63,442 nucleotides of DNA from Lachnospiraceae bacterium UBA4711 (GCA_002404515.1 DHJV01000111.1:1-63442); one strand, 5' to 3'; shown: positions 1 through 10,246, counted from the stretch's first letter. Program-made: numbers and translations. The notes: generated by a model not told the origin, from the letters alone.

Positions 1-241
1 CTACTTATTTGTTTCAAACTTATAATCTCCTTTTCAAGAAATGTAAAATTTGCAGATTTATATTTCTATGCGGTTGTTCACTGTGTTTCTAAAATCAAGT
101 TCATTATATAGTTGCCTGGAATGAGCGTCAAATATATTTTCTGCAGTTACATAAGAAAATATCTCAATACCAGATAGTTTTGTTGTCAATCTGAACAGAC
201 GCGGCATAGATATGGTATAAGAGAACGTTTGCGGAGAAAAG

Positions 242-511
242 ATGGATATTTCAAGTTATGTAACGGTGCTGCCGATTGTGATTATCTGTTATCTGGTTGG
301 AATCGGGTGTAAAGCGAGCAAGAAGATCAGTGATAAGGCGATTCCGGTGATTGTCGGCATCGTGGGAGGAATCGTTGCGGTGCCTGCCATGTATGTAATG
401 AAGAGCTTCCCGGCAGACGATATTATTACGGCAATCTCAGTTGGAATTATGTCCGGATTTGCATCCACGGGGATTAATCAGGTGTATAAACAGAGCAAAA
501 AAGAGGAGTGA
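242..511 (+). CDS. Phage-holin-like small membrane protein (Hol44-like)
   Basis: 89 aa, about three hydrophobic segments, 'DKAIPVIVG...SG..STGINQVYKQ' pattern, basic C-tail; GGAG RBS. No prophage genes nearby. Confidence 0.65.
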   Translation: MDISSYVTVLPIVIICYLVGIGCKASKKISDKAIPVIVGIVGGIVAVPAMYVMKSFPADDIITAISVGIMSGFASTGINQVYKQSKKEE

Positions 512-525
512 AAACAGGCAAATAA

Positions 526-593
526 ACCAATTTTGACGGAATACGCACCAATTATGCATGAACGCGAAAAAACAAAAATTTATGTGCTATTAT
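526..593 (+). promoter_or_regulatory. Putative LytTR-type activator box plus extended -10
   Basis: ACCAATTTTGAC (526) and ACCAATTATGCA (547), 21-bp period; TGcTATTAT with -10 at 588; no consensus -35. Confidence 0.6.
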
Positions 594-660
594 GTAAAAA
601 ATGACAAATTATTTATGTAAAAATAAATAGATTTGCGAAGGATAAAACATTTAGGAGAGA

Positions 661-1014
661 GTGTGCAATATGGTTGAAAATAATGTGGAGTCAGTAAGGG
701 AAAATGACCGTTATTTGGAAGCAATTATCAATCGGAAAAAGAGGACAATCCCGATTGCTTCAATCGAATATGTAGAGAGCAGAGGACGAAAAATCGTCTT
801 GCATCTGGGGTGTGGAGAGATGACATTTTATTCGAAGATTTCCGATATTGAGGAGAAACTGGTCAATAATGGATTTGTCCGTGTGCATCAGAGTTTTATG
901 GTTCGCATGGCAGATATATCGAAAATAAGCCGTACAGCTATAAAGTGTGGGAAGATAGAGGTTCCAGTGAGCCGGAGGTATTATGGGGAGTTGAGGAAAA
1001 TGGTTATGGAATAG
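661..1014 (+). CDS. Stand-alone LytTR DNA-binding domain protein (no receiver domain)
   Basis: 'IEYVES.GRK..LH...FY.K..DIEE.L...GFVRVHQSFMV...VPVSRRYY'; paralogous to the C-half of 17220..17921; GTG start after AGGAG. Confidence 0.85.
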   Translation: MCNMVENNVESVRENDRYLEAIINRKKRTIPIASIEYVESRGRKIVLHLGCGEMTFYSKISDIEEKLVNNGFVRVHQSFMVRMADISKISRTAIKCGKIEVPVSRRYYGELRKMVME

Positions 1015-1021
1015 ATAGATA

Positions 1022-1052
1022 AAAAGAGATCCGTTATATACAGATCTCTTTT
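1022..1052 (+). terminator. Rho-independent terminator
   Basis: AAAAGAGATC (1022-1031) / GATCTCTTTT (1043-1052) followed by a T-rich tract. Confidence 0.65.
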
Positions 1053-1066
1053 CGTTTTTAGGAAAA

Positions 1067-1672
1067 ATGTTAATGAAGAGGAAAATTATGGTGCGAATGA
1101 AGAATAAAAAAGGAAAAGAGAATATTATTTTTGCGATTATAGGATTGATAGGGATTATTCTGGTAATTGTTGGTGTGGTTATATTGTGGGGAGGGAAGAG
1201 AAAAACTGACACATCAACATACGGAATTACAGAACTGACAAATTCTGAGATTACACAAGAAACAGAGACAGCAACTGTTACAGTAGAAATAGAAACAACA
1301 GAAGATATGACAACGGAAGGGGAGACAACGGAGGTTATAACAACAGAGATATTTGGACAGGAAATATCCAACTCGCAGTCTTCAAAAGAATTAGATAGGG
1401 ATCAAACTTTGGTGGCAATCGAGAGATTCTGTAGGGAACAAAATCCTGATTTAAATAATATGAGTCAAGATGAGTATTCTTTTTATTGGGAACTGACATC
1501 AGAAACAGAACAGGAATATGTAGTCACATATCGCTCTTATACAGGAGCTTTTACATACTTCCATGTAAATCGAAGCACCGGAAATGTCACAACCATGGAA
1601 TATGTACCAGGGATAACGGATGGAGAAGTTCCAGGAACAGAAGAATTTCAGATTTGGGATTATATTCAATAA
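1067..1672 (+). CDS. Single-pass membrane protein: N-terminal TM, Thr/Glu-rich linker, unknown extracellular domain
   Basis: Basic N-terminus, hydrophobic 'IIFAIIGLIGIILVIVGVVILW', TE-rich linker like neighbouring FHA receptors; start uncertain. Confidence 0.7.
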   Translation: MLMKRKIMVRMKNKKGKENIIFAIIGLIGIILVIVGVVILWGGKRKTDTSTYGITELTNSEITQETETATVTVEIETTEDMTTEGETTEVITTEIFGQEISNSQSSKELDRDQTLVAIERFCREQNPDLNNMSQDEYSFYWELTSETEQEYVVTYRSYTGAFTYFHVNRSTGNVTTMEYVPGITDGEVPGTEEFQIWDYIQ

Positions 1673-1705
1673 GTATAAGAATGTGCAGGGGAAGGAGATG
1701 AAAAT

Positions 1706-4487
1706 ATGTCTGATAGATTATGCATGGGATGTATGGAAATTTATGACGATAAATATGATATTTGTCCGTATTGTGGTTATGAAGAAGGAACTCCGGCAAA
1801 AGAAGCAATTCATCTTGCACCAGGAACTGTGATTGAGAATAAATATATTGTTGGGCAGTCTATAGGAAATGGAGGATTTGGCGTTACCTATATTGGCTGG
1901 GATGCAGTGTTAAATCAGAAAATTGCAATCAAAGAATATCTTCCAAGTGAGTTTTCAACCAGAGCCATGGGCGTTTCAGATGTAACAATATTTACAGGAC
2001 AAAAAGAGGAACAATTTTTAAGTGGTGTAAATAAATTTGTGGATGAGGCACGGAGACTGGCAAAGTTTAAGGGTGTTTCAGGAATCGTGGACATACATGA
2101 TACATTTCAGGCGAATAATACTGCGTACATTATTATGGAGTATATTGATGGCGAGACACTGAAAGAAAGACTGGAGCGGGAAGGAAAAATCCCATATGAA
2201 GAAGCTTTAAAAATCATGAAGTCAGTCGTGGAAGCGTTGAAGGAAGTACATAAAGAGGGAATTTTACATCGAGATATATCGCCGGATAATATCATGATAT
2301 CCAAAGATGGTGATGTAAAAATCATAGATTTTGGTGCAGCAAGATATGCAACGACAGGACACAGCCGCAGTTTGTCAGTTCTGGTGAAGCCAGGATATGC
2401 ACCACAGGAGCAATACCGAAGCAGGGGCGATCAGGGAACATGGACGGATGTGTATGCCTGTGCGGCAACATTATATAAGATGATTACAGGTGTCACACCA
2501 GAAGATTCCATGGAGCGGGAATTGAAGGATACGCTTGTGGCACCGTCAAAGTTAGGGGTAAAAATACCAAAAGAATATAGAAAATGCAATCTTAAACGCA
2601 ATGAATCTGCGAATTGAGGATCGGACGCAGACGGCAGAAGACTTTGAAAATGATTTATTTTCGGACAAGGATGTAAAACGGAAAAAGGTTTATATAAGGA
2701 AAATGGATATAGGCAAATGGCCATTATGGGTAAAAATTGCTTCAGGAATCGGAACAGCGGCGGTTGTTACATGTATTGTGTTGCTGTTGACGGGAGTAAT
2801 TCGAGTCTCAGACATGTTCCATGGAGATAGCGGAAATCTCTCGGATGGATATGTGTACGCACCGAATATTATCAATACGGAGTTAGATGAGGCAGAGAAG
2901 AAGGTTTCAGAGGCGAAGCTCATCATGCAGATCACGGATAAGAAAAATGATTCCGTAATACCTGAAAATCTTGTGTTGACGCAAAATATTCCAGGCGGAG
3001 AAGTTGTGAAGGAAAAGACTGTCATGGCGATAGTCGTGAGTGCCGGAGAACAGGTTACATATATGCCGGACATCGAAGGATTGGAAAAAGATGCAGTTGT
3101 AGATTTGTTGATCAATATGGGATGGACGCAGGAGGATATCACGATAGAGGATAAAGAAAGTGATGTTGCACCTGGGTATGTAGCAGAGCTGGCAGTTGCA
3201 GACGGAAAAACCATTGCCTGTGGGGATGAAATTGCTGTTGGAACGAAAATGGTGATTTATATATCAACTGGTCGAAAAGATTACGACAATCAGAAACAGA
3301 CTACGGTTCCGGATGTATGCAACAAAAGCTGGGGAGAAGCTATGCAATCACTTGCATCGTCTAAACTCTACATATATAAACTGGCGACAGAATACAGTGA
3401 TACTGTTCCAAAAGGAAATATCATCAGTCAGAATCCAACGGCTAAAGAGACAATGACAGAAGGCGAAAAGGTTGGTGTTGTTGTCAGCCTTGGAAAACAG
3501 GAAGATGCAAAGATTCATGTACCAGATGTGCAGTATAAGAGCCGTGAACAGGCGATTGCAATCTTAGAGGTACAGGGACTTAAAGTGCAAACACAGGATG
3601 AAGAGAGTGACACGGTACAAAAGGATCATGTAATCAGACAGAGTGTAGAAGCAGGAACAGAGGTTGCAGGTGGAACAACGGTTATAATCTATATCAGTCT
3701 CGGAAATCCGGATGCTGTTTTGCAGTATGAGGGTACGACGGATGAGACAACAACGGAGAAAGGCAGTACGACGGAAAAGAAGGAGACAACCGAAAAACAG
3801 GATACGACAGAGCAGAACGATGACGCTGCCAATAAGGATGGAATTCCGAATGTTGTAGGTTTGCATTATTATGCTGCCAGAGATAAATTGTGGGACTGTG
3901 AACAGATAGATAATATATACGGTGGAAATATAGTGTTACTAAATGCTTACAAACCAGGAGTAGCAGATGGAATAGTATTTGCACAAAGTCCGGGATCACA
4001 GTTTAAAACGTATATTACTCAGCATTATAGTAGTGAATTTGCGAGTCCGTATCTTAATGACGACTGGTCAGATTGTTATATTTTATATGTGTCAGATAGT
4101 CGAGGTTGGACGTATTACCGATATCGGGATGTAATATCTTATGAAGAGACATCTTCAACAAACAATGTGCCACCGGATGGTTTTGAGTATTATAAAAGTG
4201 AAAATAGTGATACATACGGAGACTGGTCAGCATGGTCCGAATGGGGTGTCGATCCCGTGGCTGCGAGTGATGTATGTAATGTTGAACAGGATTCGTCAAC
4301 AGGGACGATATTGTACCGTTATCAGACGAGAGAAAAGACAACGACTACAACATATTATTTTAGAAAACCGATATATGGCGAGTGGTCAAGTTGGAGTGAA
4401 TCCCAATATTATCCAAGTGATACAAGGCAGGTAGAAGAACGATATGAAGAACATATGATACATCCAGCTTTGGGATTTTTTGCTTAG
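1706..4487 (+). pseudogene. Zn-ribbon/Ser-Thr kinase/TM/PASTA-repeat receptor kinase split by a +1 frameshift (ORFs 1706..2617 and 2601..4487)
   Basis: Intact GNGGFG, AIKE, HRDISPDN, DFG. Removing one A from the A4 run at 2569-2572 gives PKNIENAILNAMNLRIEDR, collinear with PKNKENAIMNALNIRIEDR of intact paralogue 14222..17197. Could be an assembly error. Confidence 0.85.
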
Positions 4488-4654
4488 AATTACCAGAGAT
4501 TTTGATTTGTGGAGAAAACCAGATATTGACGATGGAAGTCTCTGATGTCAGAGATACGATATTTAACAATATGAGACCGGTAAAGGGGAGAGCAGTTCAT
4601 ACCATATCATTTGAACCGGGCTCATGAGTGATTTTACGTTTACGGGGAGGAAGT

Positions 4655-5929
4655 ATGCAGGTAACAATTTGTTATGGCAACCAGAATTTGGGAAGTTATG
4701 ATCTGGAACAATTTCATAAAGAGGTAGTAAGCTTTGGCAGGCAGCCAGATAATGATATCGTGTTAAATTATGATTTCGTATCACGTGTACATGGTGTGTT
4801 TTATAAGGAAAATGGTATCTGGTATGTGCAGGATCTGAACAGTAGTAATGGTTTAATGAATAATAGTAAATTGTTAAAAAATCAAGAATTACAAGTGGGA
4901 GATATTTTGACAATTGATAGTAAAAGAAAGGAATATATACAAATTGTTGTGCAAGAAACAACAGATTCGGTTAATGACGAATCAATGCTTCGGTCAAAAA
5001 TGTATAAATTAATCTGGAAAGTTGCAATTCTATTATTATTAATGGGTGGAGTTTTAGGAGTTGTTAGATATAGGAGCAAGAACGCAGATAGACAAAGTAG
5101 TGATCAATCTAATATTGAAGGTACAGAAGGGGAAGATAGCGTAGCTTCATTACCAGATACCGAAGAAGAACAAAATGGGGGAGAAGCGGAAGCGGACCAT
5201 TATTTAAAAGTAAAAAGCGAATATTATGATTCTAATGATGAGTATACTGGAAAATGGATTTATGAATATGATTCAAATTATAATTTAAGTAGTATTAACT
5301 CTTATACAAAAGATGATCAATTAGAGGCTTCGGAAATATATGAATATGATTTGGATGGGAATACTACCTGTGAGAAATCTTGTACATATTATTCTGGTGA
5401 AACAGAAGAAACAGACACCATTTATATATATGAAAATAATAAAATGGTAAAATATTATGATCAAAAAATAGGTGGAGAGGATGTGGGATATCATGTTTTA
5501 GAATATGGAGATTCTCCGTATGCAATTAAGGAGACATATTATGATTCTATGGGAAATACTAATAGTTGGAATGAGTATGAATATGATGACAATGGAAATA
5601 ATATAAAGGATATATATTGGGTCGAGGACGGAAAGCAAGGTTATAGGTTGTGTTCAGAGACAACGAAGAAATATGAAAAGAATCAACTTATAGAGACGGA
5701 GGAGAATGTATACGATAAAGATGGTACAGTATATGAAAACGAGAGACAAACATATGAATATGATGAATACGGAAATGTTATTGAAAATGTCATTTATAAA
5801 AATGGTGAGTTGTCCAGAAGCTTTAAATGGCAGTACATATATAACGAATTTGGATTAATAGAAACAAGAAGTTATTATGTAGATGATAAGCTTTCATGGG
5901 TTGAAAAAAATGAGTATTCACTAAAGTAA
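4655..5929 (+). CDS. FHA-TM receptor with extracellular YD-like (YEYDxxGN) repeat domain
   Basis: N-terminal FHA (SFGRQ...SRVHG...DLNSSNG), one TM, repeats YEYDSNYN/YEYDLDGN/YEYDDNGN/YEYDEYGN; ATG 4655 after GGGGAGG. Confidence 0.85.
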   Translation: MQVTICYGNQNLGSYDLEQFHKEVVSFGRQPDNDIVLNYDFVSRVHGVFYKENGIWYVQDLNSSNGLMNNSKLLKNQELQVGDILTIDSKRKEYIQIVVQETTDSVNDESMLRSKMYKLIWKVAILLLLMGGVLGVVRYRSKNADRQSSDQSNIEGTEGEDSVASLPDTEEEQNGGEAEADHYLKVKSEYYDSNDEYTGKWIYEYDSNYNLSSINSYTKDDQLEASEIYEYDLDGNTTCEKSCTYYSGETEETDTIYIYENNKMVKYYDQKIGGEDVGYHVLEYGDSPYAIKETYYDSMGNTNSWNEYEYDDNGNNIKDIYWVEDGKQGYRLCSETTKKYEKNQLIETEENVYDKDGTVYENERQTYEYDEYGNVIENVIYKNGELSRSFKWQYIYNEFGLIETRSYYVDDKLSWVEKNEYSLK

Positions 5930-5972
5930 AAATATGTTTTTAGGGCACTGTTTATGAGGTAAGAGAGAAAAG

Positions 5973-6918
5973 ATGGAGTCAATGTATTATCTGCAAACAG
6001 GAACAATCATACATGGAAGATATGTGATACAGACCGTTTTAGATGAAGATGGATATGAAATTATATATAGAGCATGGGACAACATGCTTCAGGAAGAAGT
6101 ATGCATAAAGGAATATTATCCAGGAGGAGTCCGTATGTCGTGTAGATGAAAATAGTCAGGTACGTGTATATGCAGGCAGGCAAGGAAAGTATAAGCGAGG
6201 AATCGACCGTTTTTTATGGAAAGCAAGAAGATTGGCAAAACTTGATTCGGTAGAAAACATTGTTGAAGTGTATGATTATTTTGAAGAGAATAATACAGCA
6301 TATATAGTCATGGAATATGTGCAAGGTAAAACTCTCAAGAGGTTTGTAAAAGAAAATGATGGGAAAATCAGTGAAGACGTGGCAATTCATATTGCATGTT
6401 CTGTTTTAATTGCATTACAACATGTACAAGATGTGGGAATTATACTCGGAGACATTAGTCCGGATCATATTTATATATGTGAAAATCTACAAGTTGAATT
6501 AATTGCCCTCGGTATATTAACACAGGAAATTATTGAAGAAAGAAGAGGAGGAGATGCGATTTTTTTGCCAGGTTTTGAACCTCCAGAACAGTATGCACAC
6601 ACAAATCGGCAGGGGGCGTGGACAGACGTCTACTCGGTTGGCGCGATCGCGTACTATATGCTAACAGGGATAATTCCTCCGTGTTGGTTAGACAGAATAC
6701 AGATGGTAGAAATGTTGGATCCATTGGAAGAAATTGTCCCTTCAATTTCAAAGAATTTCAGCGATGCAATCATGAAAGCAATGAGTTTAAATACACGGGA
6801 TCGATTCTCGTCAGCAAAGGATTTTTTGAAAGCGTTGTTAAACGGCGAGGAGTCCCAAATAAAGAAGAAAAAAGTGCGCAGAAAAAAAGCGTTTAAGTCG
6901 AAAATCAATCGGAATTGA
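5973..6918 (+). pseudogene. Degenerate Ser/Thr pseudokinase, frameshifted (+1) near 6123
   Basis: 5973..6149 encodes a kinase N-lobe (YLQTGTIIHGRY...AWDNML...IKEYYP). The next frame continues VCRVDENSQ...RFLWKARRLAKL into ORF 6232..6918. G-loop reads LDEDGYE, HRD reads LGD, DFG reads ALG. Confidence 0.8.
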
Positions 6919-6945
6919 TCTATTTGATGGATTCCGATTGATTTT
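6901..6945 (+). terminator. Rho-independent terminator overlapping the pseudokinase stop
   Basis: Perfect 15-bp inverted repeat AAAATCAATCGGAAT / ATTCCGATTGATTTT. Confidence 0.7.
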
Positions 6946-6958
6946 TTTGCCATAAAAT

Positions 6959-7029
6959 ACCAATTTTGACGAAGTTTGAGTCAATTCTGCATGGCGATAA
7001 AAAATGTGATTTTTTTGTGATACTATAAT
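6959..7029 (+). promoter_or_regulatory. Putative LytTR-type activator box plus extended -10
   Basis: ACCAATTTTGAC (6959, identical to 526) and GTCAATTCTGCA (6980), 21-bp period; TGaTACTAT with -10 at 7021 (overlapping TATAAT at 7024). Confidence 0.6.
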
Positions 7030-7071
7030 GAACGGACATTTTGAACCTGAAAAAGGAGAATGCTTGGAAAT

Positions 7072-8382
7072 ATGCAAATTGTTATTAAGTATGCAGATAA
7101 AAAAATAGAAAGTCACATTTTAGAACAGTTCAATAAAGAAGTTGTAAGCTTTGGAAGACAGCTGAACAATGATATTATACTTGATTTGGATTTTATATCG
7201 AGAATACATGGCGTATTTTTTATGGAAGACGGAACATGGCATGTACAGGATCTGGACAGTACGAATGGATTGCTTGTAAATGGAACCTATATTGACCAGC
7301 CATATGCGATCAAAGAGGGGGATTGCATTTGTATACAGAGAAAAGATGGGGAAGAAAGTATAAGCATATATATCAGCGAATCAGAGCAAGCGAAGCTGGA
7401 TAAGGCCAGATCCCCTAAGAAGCTGGTTATTATTTTGAGTGTGATATGTGTATTGCTGGCAGCATTTATAGTTTCGTTGATTATTTACGCAACACACAGA
7501 GATTCGTCAGAGAAGGAAACGGCGACACCAACGGATGCTTCAACGGAGACAGAGGGAGCAACGGAAACAGAGGAACCAACAACTGTGACAACAACCGAGG
7601 CGGAAACTACGACGGAAGAAGTACAAGAAACAACGGAAGAAACAACAGAAGAAACGGTTACAACAGAAACCGTACAGAATGAGGTTTCGGAAACAGATTT
7701 CCCGGTAGAAAATAGTGTAGGCGGGTTGAGTTATTCGGAGGCGGCTAAGGATCAAGACCAGCATTTTTTCGTGGAACATAATGACTGCTATTATCCAATG
7801 ACAAACAGCGAATGCTTTGATGAGAACATGGTATCGTTAAAAATCAGGTTTGTGGGAGAAAATTTTGAATATGCCCAAGTGCATGTCGGTGACAAAATTG
7901 TTGGATTTGATGGTATGCATGGATTTAAATCCATATCAATTATTAATAGTGAAGGATATTCTGTTCCTCAGGAATTCGTTACATATGATGATGGTACAGT
8001 AGAGTTTCACAAGAGCAGTTTTAATTCATCCTTATACTACGACAAGTGTTTTATTACGACGAATAAAATATTTAAAATTAATGATGAGGATGCAAATAGG
8101 ATAACAGATTATGTAGAAATTGGAGATGGATGGCCTACATACAAATTTTTGTATTATGCAGAGCCAACGAATATTGAATTAACATATTATAAGAATTACG
8201 AGCAGGTAGTAAAAACAGTTTCTGTAGATAAGAAATGTTTTTTGTTGGGAGATAAGTATAAGGCTGATTACCAAGAGGCTCCAGAAGGGTATTTTTATTA
8301 TGACACATCGAATCTTCCACTTGGGAAATATGTAATTAATGCGATGGCAGGCGTGCAGTTTGCTATTGAAGTAGTTGAATAA
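7072..8382 (+). CDS. FHA-TM receptor with Thr/Glu-rich stalk and unknown extracellular domain
   Basis: FHA (VVSFGRQ..NDI...SRIHG...DLDSTNG), TM 'LVIILSVICVLLAAFIVSLIIYA', TE-rich linker; start chosen by homology to paralogues. Confidence 0.85.
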   Translation: MQIVIKYADKKIESHILEQFNKEVVSFGRQLNNDIILDLDFISRIHGVFFMEDGTWHVQDLDSTNGLLVNGTYIDQPYAIKEGDCICIQRKDGEESISIYISESEQAKLDKARSPKKLVIILSVICVLLAAFIVSLIIYATHRDSSEKETATPTDASTETEGATETEEPTTVTTTEAETTTEEVQETTEETTEETVTTETVQNEVSETDFPVENSVGGLSYSEAAKDQDQHFFVEHNDCYYPMTNSECFDENMVSLKIRFVGENFEYAQVHVGDKIVGFDGMHGFKSISIINSEGYSVPQEFVTYDDGTVEFHKSSFNSSLYYDKCFITTNKIFKINDEDANRITDYVEIGDGWPTYKFLYYAEPTNIELTYYKNYEQVVKTVSVDKKCFLLGDKYKADYQEAPEGYFYYDTSNLPLGKYVINAMAGVQFAIEVVE

Positions 8383-8416
8383 AAACTTGTTTTTAAACAG
8401 TGGAGTAACGTTTGAT

Positions 8417-10141
8417 ATGAAATCAATAGTAATTTATTATGGCAACCAAAAAAGCGAAAGCTATAATCTGGAACAATTTCAAAAGGAAGTCGTAAGCTTT
8501 GGAAGACAGCCGGACAATGATATTGTACTTGATTTGGATTTTGTATCGAGAATCCATGGTGTGTTTTATATGGAAGATGGCATATGGTATGTGCAGGATC
8601 TAAATAGTACGAATGGGATATTGGTGAATGGAAATCGCATAGAGCAATATGCGATTCAAGAGGGAGATTGCATTTGCATACAGGGAAAAGACAGTGAAGA
8701 ATGTATAAGTATATATGTTGGAGGGGAAAAAGAAAACAAGTCAAAAAAGAAACTGGTTATTATTTTTAGTGTTGCGTGTGTACTGTTGGCAGGATTTATA
8801 GTTTCATTGATTGTTTATGCAATGCATAGAGATTCGTCAAAAAAGGATACTGCAACACCGACGGATGCTTCCACAGTGGATGAGACGGAAGTGGAGTCCG
8901 AAGAAACTACAACTGTGACAACCACAGAAGGGGAAACGACTACAGAAGAAATACCTGAAGATATTGGATTTTCTTATGGGAAGCTACAAAATACAACGTT
9001 TATTTTTTCTAGTGGAGCAGGTGCATGGGAGACCAATTTATCCGTTGATGCAGATGGGAATTTCTCAGGTATGTTTCATGATAGCGAGATGGGAGATACC
9101 GGAGAAGGATATCCAAGTGGATCAATCTATTTTAGTGAATTTTCCGGACGGTTTGGACAGTTAGAAAAGGTGGATGATTACATCTATGCAACGACGATAG
9201 AATCGTTAGAGTATGTAAATGAACCGGGAACGGAAGAGATAAAGGATGAAATGCGATACATGTATAGTGAAGCATACGGACTCGAAAATGCAGGTCGAAT
9301 TTTGTTTTATCTTCCGGGAAGACCTTTGGACAGCTTCTCAGAGGAAGAACGGTCGTGGATGAATTTATATCTTATGAATAATTATGGTGGTAAGCTCCCG
9401 ATGGTTTTACTTTGCAATGAGAATGAAGAGCAGGTTATGCAGGGAAATAGCAGTTTGACAGCGGAATATCAGCCATATATAGATGTGTTAGAAAGAGAGG
9501 CGGATAAAATTTCTGCATATACAACGGGATATGGGAATGCCTCAATATGTTATATAGATGTTACGGGAGATGAGAAACCGGAACTGTTGTTTATGACAGA
9601 AAATTCTGAAACTGGAGGTGGAGATTTAAATATTTACACAATTGAAAATGGTAAAGAAAAGCAAATCTGTTTCTTGGAAAACTTAAATATTCCAGTGGCT
9701 GGTGGAACAGAGTACTGTGTGTTTCGCAAAAAAGATGATTTTCGATTATATGCAATATCTGAAACCTACGATGGTAATGGCTCACGTTCTACTTTTTATC
9801 GCTTTGATTTAGCGGATAATGGTTCATTGGTTGCGGAGCAAGTAATGTGTTGGAATGATAGTGGAGAAGTGAGTTCGTATATGGACAATGGTATTTATGA
9901 AATAGTATGTACAATTGGTGAAAAACAAGTCACTTCAGAAGAATTCATGGAAAATGTAATTTTATTTGTCAAAGATATGGAAATGGTTGCCTTAAATACA
10001 TATCGGGAGTTTGATTTAAGTCCATATATGCAACCGAGACCGACAAGTAGTATATTGCCAGCAATTTCAAAATCTGAGCATATTTATGTGGAAAGTTATG
10101 ACGCAGAGTATGGTATATATAGAGGCGATTTAGTAGATTAA
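8417..10141 (+). CDS. FHA-TM receptor with Thr/Glu-rich stalk and a different extracellular region
   Basis: FHA, TM and 'RDSS.K.TATPTDAST' nearly match 7072..8382; sequence after that is unrelated (FSSGAGAWET... domain). Confidence 0.85.
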   Translation: MKSIVIYYGNQKSESYNLEQFQKEVVSFGRQPDNDIVLDLDFVSRIHGVFYMEDGIWYVQDLNSTNGILVNGNRIEQYAIQEGDCICIQGKDSEECISIYVGGEKENKSKKKLVIIFSVACVLLAGFIVSLIVYAMHRDSSKKDTATPTDASTVDETEVESEETTTVTTTEGETTTEEIPEDIGFSYGKLQNTTFIFSSGAGAWETNLSVDADGNFSGMFHDSEMGDTGEGYPSGSIYFSEFSGRFGQLEKVDDYIYATTIESLEYVNEPGTEEIKDEMRYMYSEAYGLENAGRILFYLPGRPLDSFSEEERSWMNLYLMNNYGGKLPMVLLCNENEEQVMQGNSSLTAEYQPYIDVLEREADKISAYTTGYGNASICYIDVTGDEKPELLFMTENSETGGGDLNIYTIENGKEKQICFLENLNIPVAGGTEYCVFRKKDDFRLYAISETYDGNGSRSTFYRFDLADNGSLVAEQVMCWNDSGEVSSYMDNGIYEIVCTIGEKQVTSEEFMENVILFVKDMEMVALNTYREFDLSPYMQPRPTSSILPAISKSEHIYVESYDAEYGIYRGDLVD

Positions 10142-10145
10142 ATTT

Positions 10146-10213
10146 GTCAAATATAACAATAAACTATATAAAATTTGCAATGACGATAGCTTAAAAATTT
10201 TGCCGCTTATTAT
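10146..10213 (+). promoter_or_regulatory. Putative LytTR-type box (weaker) plus -10
   Basis: GTCAAATATAAC (10146) / TATAAAATTTGC (10167), 21-bp period; TATTAT at 10208, same offset as the other three boxes. Confidence 0.4.
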
Positions 10214-10246
10214 GAATATAATTCAAACGTATGAAGGAGGTTTCAG

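Noticed and set aside
1..33. Start of a divergent minus-strand gene (AAGGAG then TTG at 17)
   Set aside because: Only five codons lie inside the window; it cannot be identified.
242..511. Prophage suggested by the holin-like gene plus CHAP hydrolase
   Set aside because: No integrase, terminase, capsid or tail genes; the CHAP protein has its own signal peptide and lies 18 kb away.
2560..2600. Programmed ribosomal frameshift in the kinase gene
   Set aside because: It would need a +1 shift at a short A4 run with no evident stimulatory element; the paralogue is simply in frame, so mutation or assembly error is more parsimonious.
4655..5929. RHS polymorphic toxin
   Set aside because: The YD-like repeats are short, with no RHS core (PxxxxDPxG) and no toxin tip or immunity gene; the protein is FHA-TM anchored.
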